A stretch of DNA of 36,881 nucleotides from an uncultured virus (IMG/VR IMGVR_UViG_3300013823_000004) (IMGVR_UViG_3300013823_000004), one strand, 5' to 3'. Positions 9,838-19,339 are shown, numbered from the stretch's first letter. Numbers and translations: made by a program. The notes: a model not told the origin generated them from the sequence alone.

Positions 9838-10305
9838 CTATGGACCTGTGGTGCATCCGACTCTGTTGGCTGTCCGGCGCAACTCGTTCACCATAAGGCT
9901 TCTTGCCTCAACAGCGAGATCAGCCACCTTCCCGCTTGATGGACGAGACAAGAAGAGCGGAGATATCTCATATCTCCCGTTACCTAACGGCCTTTTAGAG
10001 ACAGAGCCCACCAATCCAATGCGCGGGACGTAGGTTTCCAACATATAGTCGGTCGCGATACGAATGCGCATTCCACTGTACCGCTGCACCCCCTCTGTTG
10101 CGCTTACCCACATCGCCTCGCATTGATCCTGACAGTTGCAGACCGGGTCGCCATTAAGGGATTGATTACCGTCTCCTGGACTTTCCGCCACCTTTGTCCT
10201 AGGCGCGATCTCGATTATTGGATCAATCGGCAGCTTCACTACTGGCATCTCCTGATCGCCAGCCATCGCCGCTACTGAAAGAGTAAATGCCATGATTATC
10301 CCCAC
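9838..10305 (-). CDS. Moron: putative exported protein of unknown function (start 10305, 10293 or 10329)
   Basis: Visibly more AT-rich than its neighbours; AGGAG RBS before GTG 10305; hydrophobic N-terminus ending AMA; four Cys; own terminator. Confidence 0.7.
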   Translation of the reverse strand: MGIIMAFTLSVAAMAGDQEMPVVKLPIDPIIEIAPRTKVAESPGDGNQSLNGDPVCNCQDQCEAMWVSATEGVQRYSGMRIRIATDYMLETYVPRIGLVGSVSKRPLGNGRYEISPLFLSRPSSGKVADLAVEARSLMVNELRRTANRVGCTTGP

Positions 10306-10377
10306 GCCCCCTCCTTTTTCTGGAATCACCCAGCACGGTATAGCGGAAGCATGCCATCACCCTAGTTTTTAGCCAAA

Positions 10378-10698
10378 TTAACCTTCGCCTGAGAGCAGGC
10401 TGATAGCAGCTGCTTCAATGATCCGAATCCCGGCCATCACCTCCTCTCGGTGCTCGCCTTCCAGCCCCTCGCGTTCAAGCTCCCGGTGCACCTCCTGGTA
10501 GTCCAGCCCTATCAGGCCTCCGGCGCTGCTGCGCCACTGGGTGGAGACCCGCGAATAGATCGTGATCGGCAAGGCGCACTCCGGCCACAGCTCAACCTCT
10601 GGCGCGGTGAAGTGCTTGGCCTTGAGGCCGGTGCCGGCAAGCTCGGCCTCGGTGGGGGCGCGCCAGTACAACGCCCCCACCGCCTCTGTCAGTTTCCC
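10378..10698 (-). CDS. Tail assembly chaperone gpT part (DUF1799-like), reached by -1 frameshift
   Basis: VELWPEC...STQWR...GLDY...IRIIE.AA motif; no good start of its own; begins at the slippery heptamer. Confidence 0.85.
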   Translation of the reverse strand, partial: GKLTEAVGALYWRAPTEAELAGTGLKAKHFTAPEVELWPECALPITIYSRVSTQWRSSAGGLIGLDYQEVHRELEREGLEGEHREEVMAGIRIIEAAAISLLSGEG

Positions 10699-10997
10699 TT
10701 GCGGGCCACCTGGATCGCCTGGGCGTAGCCGTGGATGATCGCTGTGTCGAGGCCGATCTGATGCTGCAGGGCCGTTTCCACGCCGTCGGTGTCCAGGTCC
10801 ACGTCCGCATCCCACTCGACCACCAGCTCCAAGACCGCCTGTACCGCGGTGATCTCGCCGGCCGCCAGCTTGTCCATCAGCGCCTTGTAGTCGTCCTTGA
10901 GCAGATGGCGGTACGTCAGTTTCAGCTTCTGCTCGCGTCCCTGTCCCACGATGGTCAGGGTGGTTCCGAACGTCTCCGGTGCTTTGACCTTGAACAT
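10689..10997 (-). CDS. Tail assembly chaperone gpG
   Basis: MFKVKAPETF... 102 aa after the tail tube gene, ends RKGN* on the slippery site. Confidence 0.85.
   Translation of the reverse strand: MFKVKAPETFGTTLTIVGQGREQKLKLTYRHLLKDDYKALMDKLAAGEITAVQAVLELVVEWDADVDLDTDGVETALQHQIGLDTAIIHGYAQAIQVARKGN
10692..10698 (-). other. -1 programmed frameshift site GGGAAAC
   Basis: XXXYYYZ heptamer directly before the gpG stop; -1 frame continues GKLTEAVGALYW. Confidence 0.88.
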
Positions 10998-11656
10998 CAG
11001 GCCACCTCCACCAGGGTGGAATCGCTCAGCGCGGTGAACGTCATGGTGTTGCCCATGGGGTTGTTCGCCGTGATGGTCGGATCGCCGTCGAAGGACATGT
11101 AGCCGTAGCGGTACAGCGTGTCGCCGCCGGGCAGCTTCGCGCGCAGGATCAGCGGCAAGCCCTTCGCATCCGCAGCCTTGGCCGCTGCATACCACGGCAG
11201 CTTCGGATCGAAGTAGAGCGGCAAGGTGAGCACCTTGGCGTTCTTGAACGTCGGGATCTGGATCTGGCGGCCGGTGGGGTCTTCCATCAGCGTGCCGGTC
11301 CAGTACTGCTGGTCACCGCCGGAGGTGGAGGCGTCGCCCTGCTGGGTGAAGTCGATGAAGTCGCCGGCCTTCTGCAGGAAGCCCGCGCCGCTGGTGCCCG
11401 GGTACAGCACGGCGTCGGTGGTGTCCAGGCCGATCAGCGGCACCGCGCCGCCGGCTTCGGCGCCGGCCTGCGAAACCAGGTTGTTCAGGAGCGGCCAGCC
11501 CGGCGCGCCGATCAGCACGATGTCGCCTTGATCGACGGCACCGGATGCCACGCTCGCCAGCGGCGGCGCCGCCTTCGAGAACGCAGAGACGGGAATCTGG
11601 GTGGTGATGATCGGCGCGAAACCGAACTGAGTGCCCTTGGGCATCTTGAGAGCCAT
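10997..11656 (-). CDS. Major tail tube protein
   Basis: MALKMPKGTQF...STSGGDQQY...QIPTFKNA...YFDPKLPW; GAGGT RBS. Confidence 0.85.
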   Translation of the reverse strand: MALKMPKGTQFGFAPIITTQIPVSAFSKAAPPLASVASGAVDQGDIVLIGAPGWPLLNNLVSQAGAEAGGAVPLIGLDTTDAVLYPGTSGAGFLQKAGDFIDFTQQGDASTSGGDQQYWTGTLMEDPTGRQIQIPTFKNAKVLTLPLYFDPKLPWYAAAKAADAKGLPLILRAKLPGGDTLYRYGYMSFDGDPTITANNPMGNTMTFTALSDSTLVEVA

Positions 11657-11681
11657 TCGTACATACCTCGCTGGGGTCAAT

Positions 11682-11706
11682 AAAAAAACCCGGCGCGAGG
11701 CCGGGT
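11682..11706 (-). terminator. Intrinsic terminator upstream of the tail tube gene
   Basis: ACCCGGC-CTCGC-GCCGGGT plus a T run on the minus strand. Confidence 0.75.
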
Positions 11707-11733
11707 GGTTGGGGTTGGTGCTGGGTGGATCGG

Positions 11734-12090
11734 TCAGGGGTCGAGATACCAGAGCCCGAAGTCCTGCCGGGCCGTGTACTTCTTGATGGCGTCCGCGTAC
11801 CCGGACACGGCGGCGCCCAACGGCTCGGACTTCGGCAGGCCGGCGCAGATGCGGTCCTCGATCTGCCGCATCAGCGTGTTGGCCTGCGCGCGCGTCTCGG
11901 CCCATAGGGTGATCTGCACCCGGGCGTGCTTGTGGTCGGGCATGGCGCCCTCGCCGAACCACAGCGAGCGGCCGCCCACCTGCTGGTAGACCGCGCACGG
12001 GTATTGCGGGTTGTCCGGTGGCACGTCCGGGTAGAACCGGCCGGCCAGGAGCGGCGCCAGAAGGGCGGTCAACTGCGGCTCATAGCTCAT
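11734..12090 (-). CDS. Tail terminator protein (DUF3168-like)
   Basis: GRFYPD..P....YP..VYQQVGG...RVQI..WA.TR..A. Confidence 0.82.
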   Translation of the reverse strand: MSYEPQLTALLAPLLAGRFYPDVPPDNPQYPCAVYQQVGGRSLWFGEGAMPDHKHARVQITLWAETRAQANTLMRQIEDRICAGLPKSEPLGAAVSGYADAIKKYTARQDFGLWYLDP

Positions 12091-12577
12091 CGTCGCCTCC
12101 CTTGCCGGCCAGCAGCTCCGGCAACCGCGCCCGGCCGCGCTCGATCATCGCAGCCTTCGCACGCTCCCCGGCTGCATCCAGCGCCGGCCGCAGGAACGGA
12201 TCGGCCGGCACCCACTTGGGCGACGCCAGCGGCGCGCCCGTGTACCACTCGCCGTCCTTGCCCTTGTAGCGTGCATGGGTCTGCCAGTGTCCGAACTCGA
12301 CCAGGTGCCCGTGCGGCGCCGCCTTGGCGTTCCAGCTCACCGCGTAGACCTCGGCCTTGTCGGTCGACGCCTTGTCCCGGTACGCCAGATAGATCGCGTC
12401 GCGCAGCTGGCCGGGCCGCTTGCTCCCTTCGCCCACTGGCGCGCGCGCCTTGGCCTCGTCCCGCAGCACCTTGCCGCCGGCCACCGCCATGGAGCGTGCC
12501 AGCTGGTGGCGGACATCGGCGAGCAGGTCCAAGCCCCGCACCGCGTCGCTGAAATCGACGTTCGCCTTGATGGTCAT
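12080..12577 (-). CDS. HK97 gp10-like tail completion protein
   Basis: RDEAKARAPV...GQLRDAI...HLVEFG...A.PFLRPALD. Confidence 0.88.
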   Translation of the reverse strand: MTIKANVDFSDAVRGLDLLADVRHQLARSMAVAGGKVLRDEAKARAPVGEGSKRPGQLRDAIYLAYRDKASTDKAEVYAVSWNAKAAPHGHLVEFGHWQTHARYKGKDGEWYTGAPLASPKWVPADPFLRPALDAAGERAKAAMIERGRARLPELLAGKGGDDEL

Positions 12578-12930
12578 CCGCTGTTCCCACCTTGCTCGGT
12601 GATGATCCACGCCGCCGTGCGGTCCTTCATGTCTCGGGTGGCACCCTTGATGTCGAACACCAGGCCGTCGTAGACGATCCGCATGCCAGGGTTGATGCCC
12701 AGCCGGCCGACAACTTCGAAGCGCACCAGGAAGCTGTAGCGGGCGATGGAGGCGGGCGCACCGGACTGCAGGTTTGATCGAATGGCGCCAAGGCCGGTTT
12801 CGCCCGCGATGCCGGCCCACACCTCGCCTACAGATGCCCACGTCTCCACCGGTTGGCCCCACCCGTCCTTGCCGGTACCGCGCTGCTCGATAGTGATGCG
12901 GCGGTTGAGGTCGCCAGCATTGATCGCCAT
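12574..12930 (-). CDS. Head closure/head-tail adaptor
   Basis: AGDLNRRITIE...D.WGQPVETW...VWA...MRIVY.G.VFDI. Confidence 0.88.
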   Translation of the reverse strand: MAINAGDLNRRITIEQRGTGKDGWGQPVETWASVGEVWAGIAGETGLGAIRSNLQSGAPASIARYSFLVRFEVVGRLGINPGMRIVYDGLVFDIKGATRDMKDRTAAWIITEQGGNSG

Positions 12931-12932
12931 GC

Positions 12933-13271
12933 TCAGATTCCCAGGCCGACACGGTGCGGCCACAGCAGTTGATGAACACCCATGGGAAGCTCCCGCAGCT
13001 GCTCGGAGCCCACGCCCTCTCGGTTGCGGTACAGGTGCCCGGCAATCAGCAGGATGGCCGCGCGGATCGCCGGGTTGACGACAACGGGGTCGGCGCCCGC
13101 AACACCGCTCTCGATCGCTGCAGCCATCGTAGCTTCATCGGGGTAGACCTTCCGATTGAGGAAGTCCATCGCAGCCTGCTCTGCTGCGTCTCCGTACACT
13201 CCGAGCATGTCGTCATCCGCGGCATCCGCCCGACACTGCAAACGAGCCTGCTCGATGGTGATCAGATCCAC
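12933..13271 (-). CDS. Head-tail connector (gp6-like)
   Basis: IRAAILL..GHLYRNRE...LP.GV..LL.PHR. Confidence 0.9.
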   Translation of the reverse strand: MDLITIEQARLQCRADAADDDMLGVYGDAAEQAAMDFLNRKVYPDEATMAAAIESGVAGADPVVVNPAIRAAILLIAGHLYRNREGVGSEQLRELPMGVHQLLWPHRVGLGI

Positions 13272-13275
13272 GGGT

Positions 13276-13620
13276 TCAGCCCTGCGGCTGCTCGAGCGCG
13301 ACGATATGCGCGGCCAGCGCTTCGATCACGGTCTTGCGCTTCTTGCCGGCCTCGGCCTGCTCAGCTGCCAGGGCGGCGCGGGCCAGCTCGACCTCGGTCA
13401 CGGCGGCCAGGCCGGCGATGACCTCGGCGGCAGTCGCCGACACCAGTTGCTCGGCCGGGCTCGGGCCGTCGACGAGCGGCGCGGCCAGCTCGACCTCGGT
13501 CACGGCGCCTTCTTTGACCAGAATCGCGGATCCGGTGTCGACGAAGTGCTGCCCGCGGCTGCTGTCCATGCGGACGGTCTGGCCGGCACGTGGGTCAGGC
13601 TTCTGGAACTTGATGAGCAT
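13276..13620 (-). CDS. Hypothetical virion-associated protein
   Basis: GGAGGT RBS; internal repeat VTEVELA; C-terminal E..GKKRKTVI.AL motif; follows the capsid gene. Confidence 0.7.
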   Translation of the reverse strand: MLIKFQKPDPRAGQTVRMDSSRGQHFVDTGSAILVKEGAVTEVELAAPLVDGPSPAEQLVSATAAEVIAGLAAVTEVELARAALAAEQAEAGKKRKTVIEALAAHIVALEQPQG

Positions 13621-13642
13621 GGGGTACCTCCGAAAGGAGAGA

Positions 13643-13660
13643 GGCGCGCCGAAGCGCGCC
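13643..13660 (-). terminator. Hairpin/weak terminator after the capsid gene
   Basis: GGCGCGC-TTCG-GCGCGCC followed by a pyrimidine tract. Confidence 0.5.
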
Positions 13661-13694
13661 CCTCAATGCCACCTGCGGACAGGCAGCGCTGAGA

Positions 13695-15029
13695 TCAGGC
13701 CACGTTGCCCAGGTCGCCGTAGATGAAGGCCTGCGGGCGGTACACCGCCAGCGCCAGGCGCTCCTCGGCCAGGATGGTGACAAGGTTCTTGACGAAGTCG
13801 TCCTCGTTCTCCGTCGCCACCTCGACACGAGCCTGCCAGCGATCGAACACCTGCGCGCCCAAGCGGAACGCACCGGTGAGGAACTTGTCCACCGCGATGG
13901 CCTGGGTGGCCACCACCGGACGGTTCCACAGGCTTGCGCCAATGACGCCCTGCGGATTGCCGATGATGTAGCGGCCAGTGGTGTCCTTCAGCAGCTCGAC
14001 GCGCGCCCAGTCGGTCGGGTTCATCACGATGCCGGTGGCCGGATACTCGGCCAGTTCGGCCTGAAGCATCGCCAGTCGGATCTGGTCGATCACCGTGGCG
14101 TCGCCCGGGTCGAACGGAGCGGCGTAGGCGGTCGCCTGCGGGATGATGCCCAGCAGGTTCTGGCCGGTGCCGTCGCCGTTGAGAAGCTGCTGCTCTTCCT
14201 TGAAGTCCAGGCCATAGCGCAAGCGGCCGTCGATGTAGCTCTGCAGCTGGGAGGCGTCGTCGAGGATCTGGCGCGAGGCCTTCACGAAATGCGCGATCAC
14301 CTTGGCACTGGTGTTCACCAGGTCGAACTTCAGGGTGGACTCGGGCTTCTTCGCGCCTTCGGCGACCATGCCAGCGTTGTTGGTGAAGCCGGTCTCCTTC
14401 ACGTACTCCAGGGTGCTGCCGTCCATGCGGCCCGGAGTGATCAGGTCGCGGACCGTCATACGGCGATCCGGCGGCGCGATGATACCCGGCAGGCGGGTCG
14501 TCTGGACCAGATCGCCCGCGGCGCCGTCGGTGTCCGTGGTGATGCTGGTGATCGCCGCCTTGAAGGTCATGTCCACGCGGCCGCGCGGGGTGGTCTGGCT
14601 TCGGAAGGCCTTCCACTGGTCGCTGCCGATGAACTGCTCGCCGAAGGTCTGGTGCTGCACGTCGCCGCCGGCGCCATTGGCCTCGATCCGGGCAAGCTTC
14701 TGCTCGGCACCCTGCAGGTTGGCCTGCAGCTCGCCCTGCTTGATCAGCAGTTCGTCCACCTTGGCCTTGGTTTCATCCGCCAGCTTCGCGTGCGCCTTGA
14801 TCTCGCTCTGCGCCTGCTCGGCCATGGACTTGACCTGGTCCCCGATGCGCTCCAGCTCTGCCTTGATGCCTTCCGGCAGCGCGGCCATGACCGGGGCGGC
14901 CATCACGAGGCCGGCGTGATCCGAGTGCAGAAGGTGCAGCACCAGGTTGGCGGCAGCTGCGTCGAAGGTGAAGAACAGCGCGACGATCGCGATAATTGCC
15001 GGCAAGTAGAGGTACTTCTTCGTGTTCAT
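13695..15029 (-). CDS. Major capsid protein, HK97 family
   Basis: VAEGAKKPES, SRQILDDA.QLQSYI..RL.YG, F.KNLVTILAEERLAL.V.RP.AF; GGAGA RBS before ATG 15029. Confidence 0.95.
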   Translation of the reverse strand: MNTKKYLYLPAIIAIVALFFTFDAAAANLVLHLLHSDHAGLVMAAPVMAALPEGIKAELERIGDQVKSMAEQAQSEIKAHAKLADETKAKVDELLIKQGELQANLQGAEQKLARIEANGAGGDVQHQTFGEQFIGSDQWKAFRSQTTPRGRVDMTFKAAITSITTDTDGAAGDLVQTTRLPGIIAPPDRRMTVRDLITPGRMDGSTLEYVKETGFTNNAGMVAEGAKKPESTLKFDLVNTSAKVIAHFVKASRQILDDASQLQSYIDGRLRYGLDFKEEQQLLNGDGTGQNLLGIIPQATAYAAPFDPGDATVIDQIRLAMLQAELAEYPATGIVMNPTDWARVELLKDTTGRYIIGNPQGVIGASLWNRPVVATQAIAVDKFLTGAFRLGAQVFDRWQARVEVATENEDDFVKNLVTILAEERLALAVYRPQAFIYGDLGNVA

Positions 15030-15043
15030 GGTGTCTCCGTTGG

Positions 15044-15916
15044 TCACTTGGTGAGGGAAAAGCTGCGCAGCGCGGCGGCGATGGCCTCCTCGCTGGGTAC
15101 TGCACCGGCGTCGTCGCCGGGTTCGGTGGGATCGCCCTCACCGCTGCCAGCCGGGTCACCCGAGCTGGTCTTGATCTCGCTGATGAGGCGCATGGCCTCG
15201 TTCTTGGGCAGGCCGCTGGCGCGCAGCGCCGACTCGATGCGGCGCACGGCCGATGCGCTGGCCTTGCTTGCGCCCTTCTCGACCTTGTCCGAGGGCAGCA
15301 ATTCATCAGCGAAGCCGTCCTCCACCGCTGCCTCGCCAGCGATCCAAGTTTCCCGATCCATGAGCTTCGCCATCGCCTTGGTGTCCTGGCCGGTCTGAGC
15401 TGAGTAGATGCTGGCCATCGCGTCGTCGAACGGCTTCAGGGTCGCGGCCACCTCTTCGAGGTCATGCCGGTTGCCCACTGCCATGACCCAGGCGTTGTGA
15501 ATCATCAGGAAGGCGGCGCGGGCGATCTGGATCTTGTCGCCGGCCATGGCAATTACCGAGGCAGCGGACGCAGCCAGGCCGAGGACCTTCACGGTCACCT
15601 CGCCGTCGTGCTCACGCAGCAGGTTGTAGATCGCCAGGCCTTCGAACATGTCGCCGCCGGGCGAGTTGATGTTCACGGTGACCGGGCCTGCGCCCATGCC
15701 GCGCAGAGCGGCCGCGATGCGCTTCGCCGTGACGCCGTCGCCGGTCCAGTAGTCGTAGCCGATCACGTCGTAGATGCTGATGCTGCGCTCGCCCTCGCTG
15801 TCGGCCGCGGCGCGCACGCCCGAGTTCCAGCGGTCCAGGGCGCGCGGCTGCAGCTGGCTACTGACGCCGGCGCACGGCCGACCCTCCGGAGCACCCGGCA
15901 GCGTCTTGATGGTCAT
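15044..15916 (-). CDS. ClpP-like head maturation protease
   Basis: INSPGGD.FEG.AIYN, GLAASAASVIAMAG, LMIHNAW, ETW...A...GFAD. Confidence 0.95.
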   Translation of the reverse strand: MTIKTLPGAPEGRPCAGVSSQLQPRALDRWNSGVRAAADSEGERSISIYDVIGYDYWTGDGVTAKRIAAALRGMGAGPVTVNINSPGGDMFEGLAIYNLLREHDGEVTVKVLGLAASAASVIAMAGDKIQIARAAFLMIHNAWVMAVGNRHDLEEVAATLKPFDDAMASIYSAQTGQDTKAMAKLMDRETWIAGEAAVEDGFADELLPSDKVEKGASKASASAVRRIESALRASGLPKNEAMRLISEIKTSSGDPAGSGEGDPTEPGDDAGAVPSEEAIAAALRSFSLTK

Positions 15917-15920
15917 GGGA

Positions 15921-17204
15921 TCAGTCCTTCTGGTCGTCGGAGAAGCCCAGGAACGCGCGAATCGCGGCCCGGGCCTGGTTGGCATCGGTGCTGGTGCCGA
16001 TGGCGTCCAGCGTGGTCATCGCCGACTGCACGGTGAGCACGGCGGCGTTTCCGCCCATGGCTTCGCGATCCTCGAGCTCGCGGACCTCGTCGCGGGTCAG
16101 GATGCCGTTGTTCACCATGGCGGTGTAGAAGGCTGCGCGGCCGGCGCTGTCGGCGCGCAGCAGGCCCTCCACGTTGAACTTCGGGTAGTACCGTAGGCGC
16201 TCGCCCGGGGTCAGCAAGTCCTTGCTGATGCCCTGCTCAATCCGGCGCAGCCAGGGTCCGAGCGTGAAGGTCAGGAAGCCGATCATCTGCTGCTCGATGC
16301 CGGTGCCCCAGCTGGTCGACTTCTCGGTGTGGCCCACCATCCACGGCGGAACGCGGAACCACCGGCAGATCGACTCGACCGAGAAGCCGCGCGATTCCAG
16401 CAGCTGCGCGTCCGCCGGATTCACGCCCAGCGTGCCGGCCTCGGTGCCACCTTCCAGCAGCGGCGCTTCGCCGCGCTCGATCGAGCCGACCAGGTTGGTC
16501 TTGAACTCGGCGCGTTGCTTCGCCGTCAGGAAGGCGTTGATCTTGTAGTAGATCGTCTGCAGCAGGCCATTGCGGAACGTCTGAGCGGCGGCCTTGTCCG
16601 CCGCCATCGCGTTGCCGAACACCTTCGCGCCGTACCGGATCACCGAGACGCCATGCTGGCCGTCCAGGGTAAAGCCAGGCAGCGTCCAGATCCGCGCGGC
16701 CGGGACCACGCGCGGCGTGCCGTCGGGCTTCAGGTAGCGGTAGATCTTGTTCCCGCGCTGGTCGCGGTTGACCGTCAGCTTGTCCGGGTCGAGGAACAGA
16801 AGACCGACGACGCGCGTGCCCGCGTACAGCTTCTCAGCGCACGCGTTACCGCGCAGGAGCATCGCCACCACCATGGCCTCCCAGAAAACCGCCGCCGTCG
16901 ATTCGTCGTTAGGCTGATCGTGGATGACGAAGTGCAGCGGGTGCTGGCTGGCCACACGCTTGCCGGCCGAGGTGCGCTCATACATCGACAGCGGCAGCGT
17001 GGCGATGGTCTCGGAGATCAGGCGCACGCACGACCAGACCGCGTCGAGCTGAAGCACCGTCTTTGCCGTGACCTCTACACCCGCCTCGCTCGCGAGCACG
17101 CGGTCGGCGTAGAGCTCGCTGTCCCGCAGGGTGAAGGACCGCACCCAGCCATCCACTGCGGCGCGCACGCGGCTGACGATGCCGCCGGTCGGCTTGATCT
17201 TCAT
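15921..17204 (-). CDS. Portal protein, HK97 family
   Basis: AVWSCVRLISETIATLPL, DAQLLESR.F.VE.ICR.FRVPP.MVG, GIEQQ, EGLLRADS. Confidence 0.95.
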   Translation of the reverse strand: MKIKPTGGIVSRVRAAVDGWVRSFTLRDSELYADRVLASEAGVEVTAKTVLQLDAVWSCVRLISETIATLPLSMYERTSAGKRVASQHPLHFVIHDQPNDESTAAVFWEAMVVAMLLRGNACAEKLYAGTRVVGLLFLDPDKLTVNRDQRGNKIYRYLKPDGTPRVVPAARIWTLPGFTLDGQHGVSVIRYGAKVFGNAMAADKAAAQTFRNGLLQTIYYKINAFLTAKQRAEFKTNLVGSIERGEAPLLEGGTEAGTLGVNPADAQLLESRGFSVESICRWFRVPPWMVGHTEKSTSWGTGIEQQMIGFLTFTLGPWLRRIEQGISKDLLTPGERLRYYPKFNVEGLLRADSAGRAAFYTAMVNNGILTRDEVRELEDREAMGGNAAVLTVQSAMTTLDAIGTSTDANQARAAIRAFLGFSDDQKD

Positions 17205-18904
17205 GCGCGGCCTGCCCTCACCGGGTTACTGAGCCAGTCATCCATACAGCCTTGTCCTTCAGGGTTGAGCGCCATCAGCGACACTGCGTTGAAGAGAGCC
17301 ATCAGCGGGTCGATCTTTGCCGAACCGCTGACCTGCTTGTTGATCGTCACAGCGTTGCCCACCGGTACCACCTTCGCGTTGCCAACGGCCCAGGCCATCA
17401 GCGGCTGGCCACCGTGCACCAGGTCGCCGCCAGCAAGCGCGCGTTCGGTGGTCTTGATCGCACCGTTGAGCTTCCAGCCCTGGGAAACTGCCACAACCTG
17501 CTCGATCGCGATGCCTCGCTCCGGGCTGGTCAGCTCATCCACGATGGCGCCGATGCCGGCGGGGTCCACCCCGATCGCATGCTTCTCCGGCAGCAGGCCG
17601 GCAGCAGCGACCTGGCAGACGATGTCCGCCACGTCCTCCACGTCGCGGCCTGGAAGCTCGACGATGGTCAGGTCGCCGACCTTCTCCAGGTCGCGCAACT
17701 TCGGCTCCAGCTCCTTGCGCCGCTCCAGCACGATCTCGTGCGCCCAGGCATGAGCCCAAGCTAGCCACCGGCGCGTCCCGCGCTCCCTGCCGACCAGCAC
17801 CAACCCCAGCAAGTCGTCCAAGCCGCCGCCGTCGATACCAGCCGTCACTACCTCGCACTGCGCAATCAGTTCCTCGACCGACAACACCAACTCAGCACGC
17901 CTCTCCCAGAACTCGGCGCCAGCCCAGCCAGCAGCGGAGAGCGCGAGACCAATCTGCAGGTTGAGGTGCTGCGAGGCCCACACCCGCAACTCTGCCTCGC
18001 TGGTGTCTTTCGCCTCGCGATAGTCGGCTTCGAGCCGATCCAGCGTGATCGACTTTCCGAGGTTCGGAGTCACCAGCGGCCACAGCTTCGGATTCTTCCA
18101 CTGCCGGTCCTTCGACTCTTGGATCTCCTTGGGGAACTCGAATAGCACCGGGAGCATCGCGCCCTCGCGCTTTCCGTCGCGTATGTCCCGCGCCTTCTGC
18201 AGCTCGTCGGCGAACACACCCACCGGAGGCTCGTCGCTCTGGGTGGTGATGAATGCCAGGAACGATTCGGGGAACGGCAGCATGCCGCCGCGGATCTGCC
18301 TTAGCGCTTTGGGAGCTTTGGCCTGCTTGGCACACACGTGCAACTCGTCGATCAGCGCGCCACCGGAGATCTTCTGTCCAGTCAGCACTGTCGGATCAAA
18401 GGTCATGATCTCAAGCTCGGCCTTTGTCTCCCTGTGCAAGATGGTCTTCAGGTGGTGGCGCACGTGGAACTTCTTGGCCAAGACCGGATCGAGGTCAATG
18501 GCACCAGCGGCAGCGTCGAACGCCAGCTGTGCGACGTCCTGGACCGGGGCGGTCATGACGAACCCCGCGCGCGGCCGCTCGTTCAGCAAAAGTGCGGTCA
18601 CCATCATCAGCGCACCGTCCGTGGTCTTGCTGTTCTTCTTCGGGACCAGCCCGAACAGCTCGCGGATCATGCGCTGACGCGTCACCGGGTCCGTGCATCC
18701 AAACATGGCGCGCACGATGTCCCGGAACCACTCGCCGCCGGCCTCCTCCATCGTGGGGGTGCCCGGAACGTCGGCCAGGCGCAACTTGTTGAAGATCCTG
18801 ACGGCTCGCTCCCCCTCTGCCGTCCAGAGGGGCAAGTCCGGAACCAGCGACCGGACCTGTTGCAGCCGCTGCCACCAATCAGGGCACGACAGGTCCCAGG
18901 CCAT
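17201..18904 (-). CDS. terL: Terminase large subunit
   Basis: Walker A-like VPKKNSKTT, Walker B LIDELH, ITTQS, GIDGGGLDDL, KIDPLMAL. Confidence 0.93.
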   Translation of the reverse strand: MAWDLSCPDWWQRLQQVRSLVPDLPLWTAEGERAVRIFNKLRLADVPGTPTMEEAGGEWFRDIVRAMFGCTDPVTRQRMIRELFGLVPKKNSKTTDGALMMVTALLLNERPRAGFVMTAPVQDVAQLAFDAAAGAIDLDPVLAKKFHVRHHLKTILHRETKAELEIMTFDPTVLTGQKISGGALIDELHVCAKQAKAPKALRQIRGGMLPFPESFLAFITTQSDEPPVGVFADELQKARDIRDGKREGAMLPVLFEFPKEIQESKDRQWKNPKLWPLVTPNLGKSITLDRLEADYREAKDTSEAELRVWASQHLNLQIGLALSAAGWAGAEFWERRAELVLSVEELIAQCEVVTAGIDGGGLDDLLGLVLVGRERGTRRWLAWAHAWAHEIVLERRKELEPKLRDLEKVGDLTIVELPGRDVEDVADIVCQVAAAGLLPEKHAIGVDPAGIGAIVDELTSPERGIAIEQVVAVSQGWKLNGAIKTTERALAGGDLVHGGQPLMAWAVGNAKVVPVGNAVTINKQVSGSAKIDPLMALFNAVSLMALNPEGQGCMDDWLSNPVRAGRA

Positions 18905-19317
18905 CACTGAGCCTTGCGGATCGGAGTGACCTTTCCGGCGCCGATCAGGTCGTCCCAATCGGTACCATCTGCCGCAGTGCGCGCGTCGACGTTGGCCTGT
19001 TCCTTCTTTCCGAGTGGCTTCTTCGGCTCGACCGGTGGTGCGGCCAGCGTCGGGGTCATCGTCAGCAGCTGCTTCAGAGCCGAGACGTTGCCCTTCAGCC
19101 CAGCCCTTGCCAACGCGTCGCGGAATTCCATCTGGCGCCGCAGCGCCCCACCGGCCAGCTCATCACCGAAGTACTTCTCAAGGGTGTGCCGGTGGATTTC
19201 CAGGGCAATAGCGATCTCCTCGTGGCTCATACCCGTGGCAGCGGCATTTCGGACCATTCGGCGCTGCGCCGGCGTTGGCTTGAAGGCCGGACGGCCCGGT
19301 TTCGCGTTCTTGGCCAT
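18904..19317 (-). CDS. terS: Terminase small subunit
   Basis: N-terminal HTH (GRP.FKPT...GMS.EEIA.AL.I...TL.KYF..EL); TGATG-coupled to terL. Confidence 0.8.
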   Translation of the reverse strand: MAKNAKPGRPAFKPTPAQRRMVRNAAATGMSHEEIAIALEIHRHTLEKYFGDELAGGALRRQMEFRDALARAGLKGNVSALKQLLTMTPTLAAPPVEPKKPLGKKEQANVDARTAADGTDWDDLIGAGKVTPIRKAQ

Positions 19318-19339
19318 AAATCCTGCTCATCCGGAGTTT

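Noticed and set aside
10360..10374. CTAG-TTT-TTAG upstream of the moron as a possible CI operator
   Set aside because: Spacer is one base short and the flanks do not match GTCTAG-N4-CTAGAC
18620..18650. Non-standard terminase Walker A (PKKNSKT)
   Set aside because: Other motifs are intact and this variant is, to my knowledge, common in this terminase group; not evidence of a pseudogene
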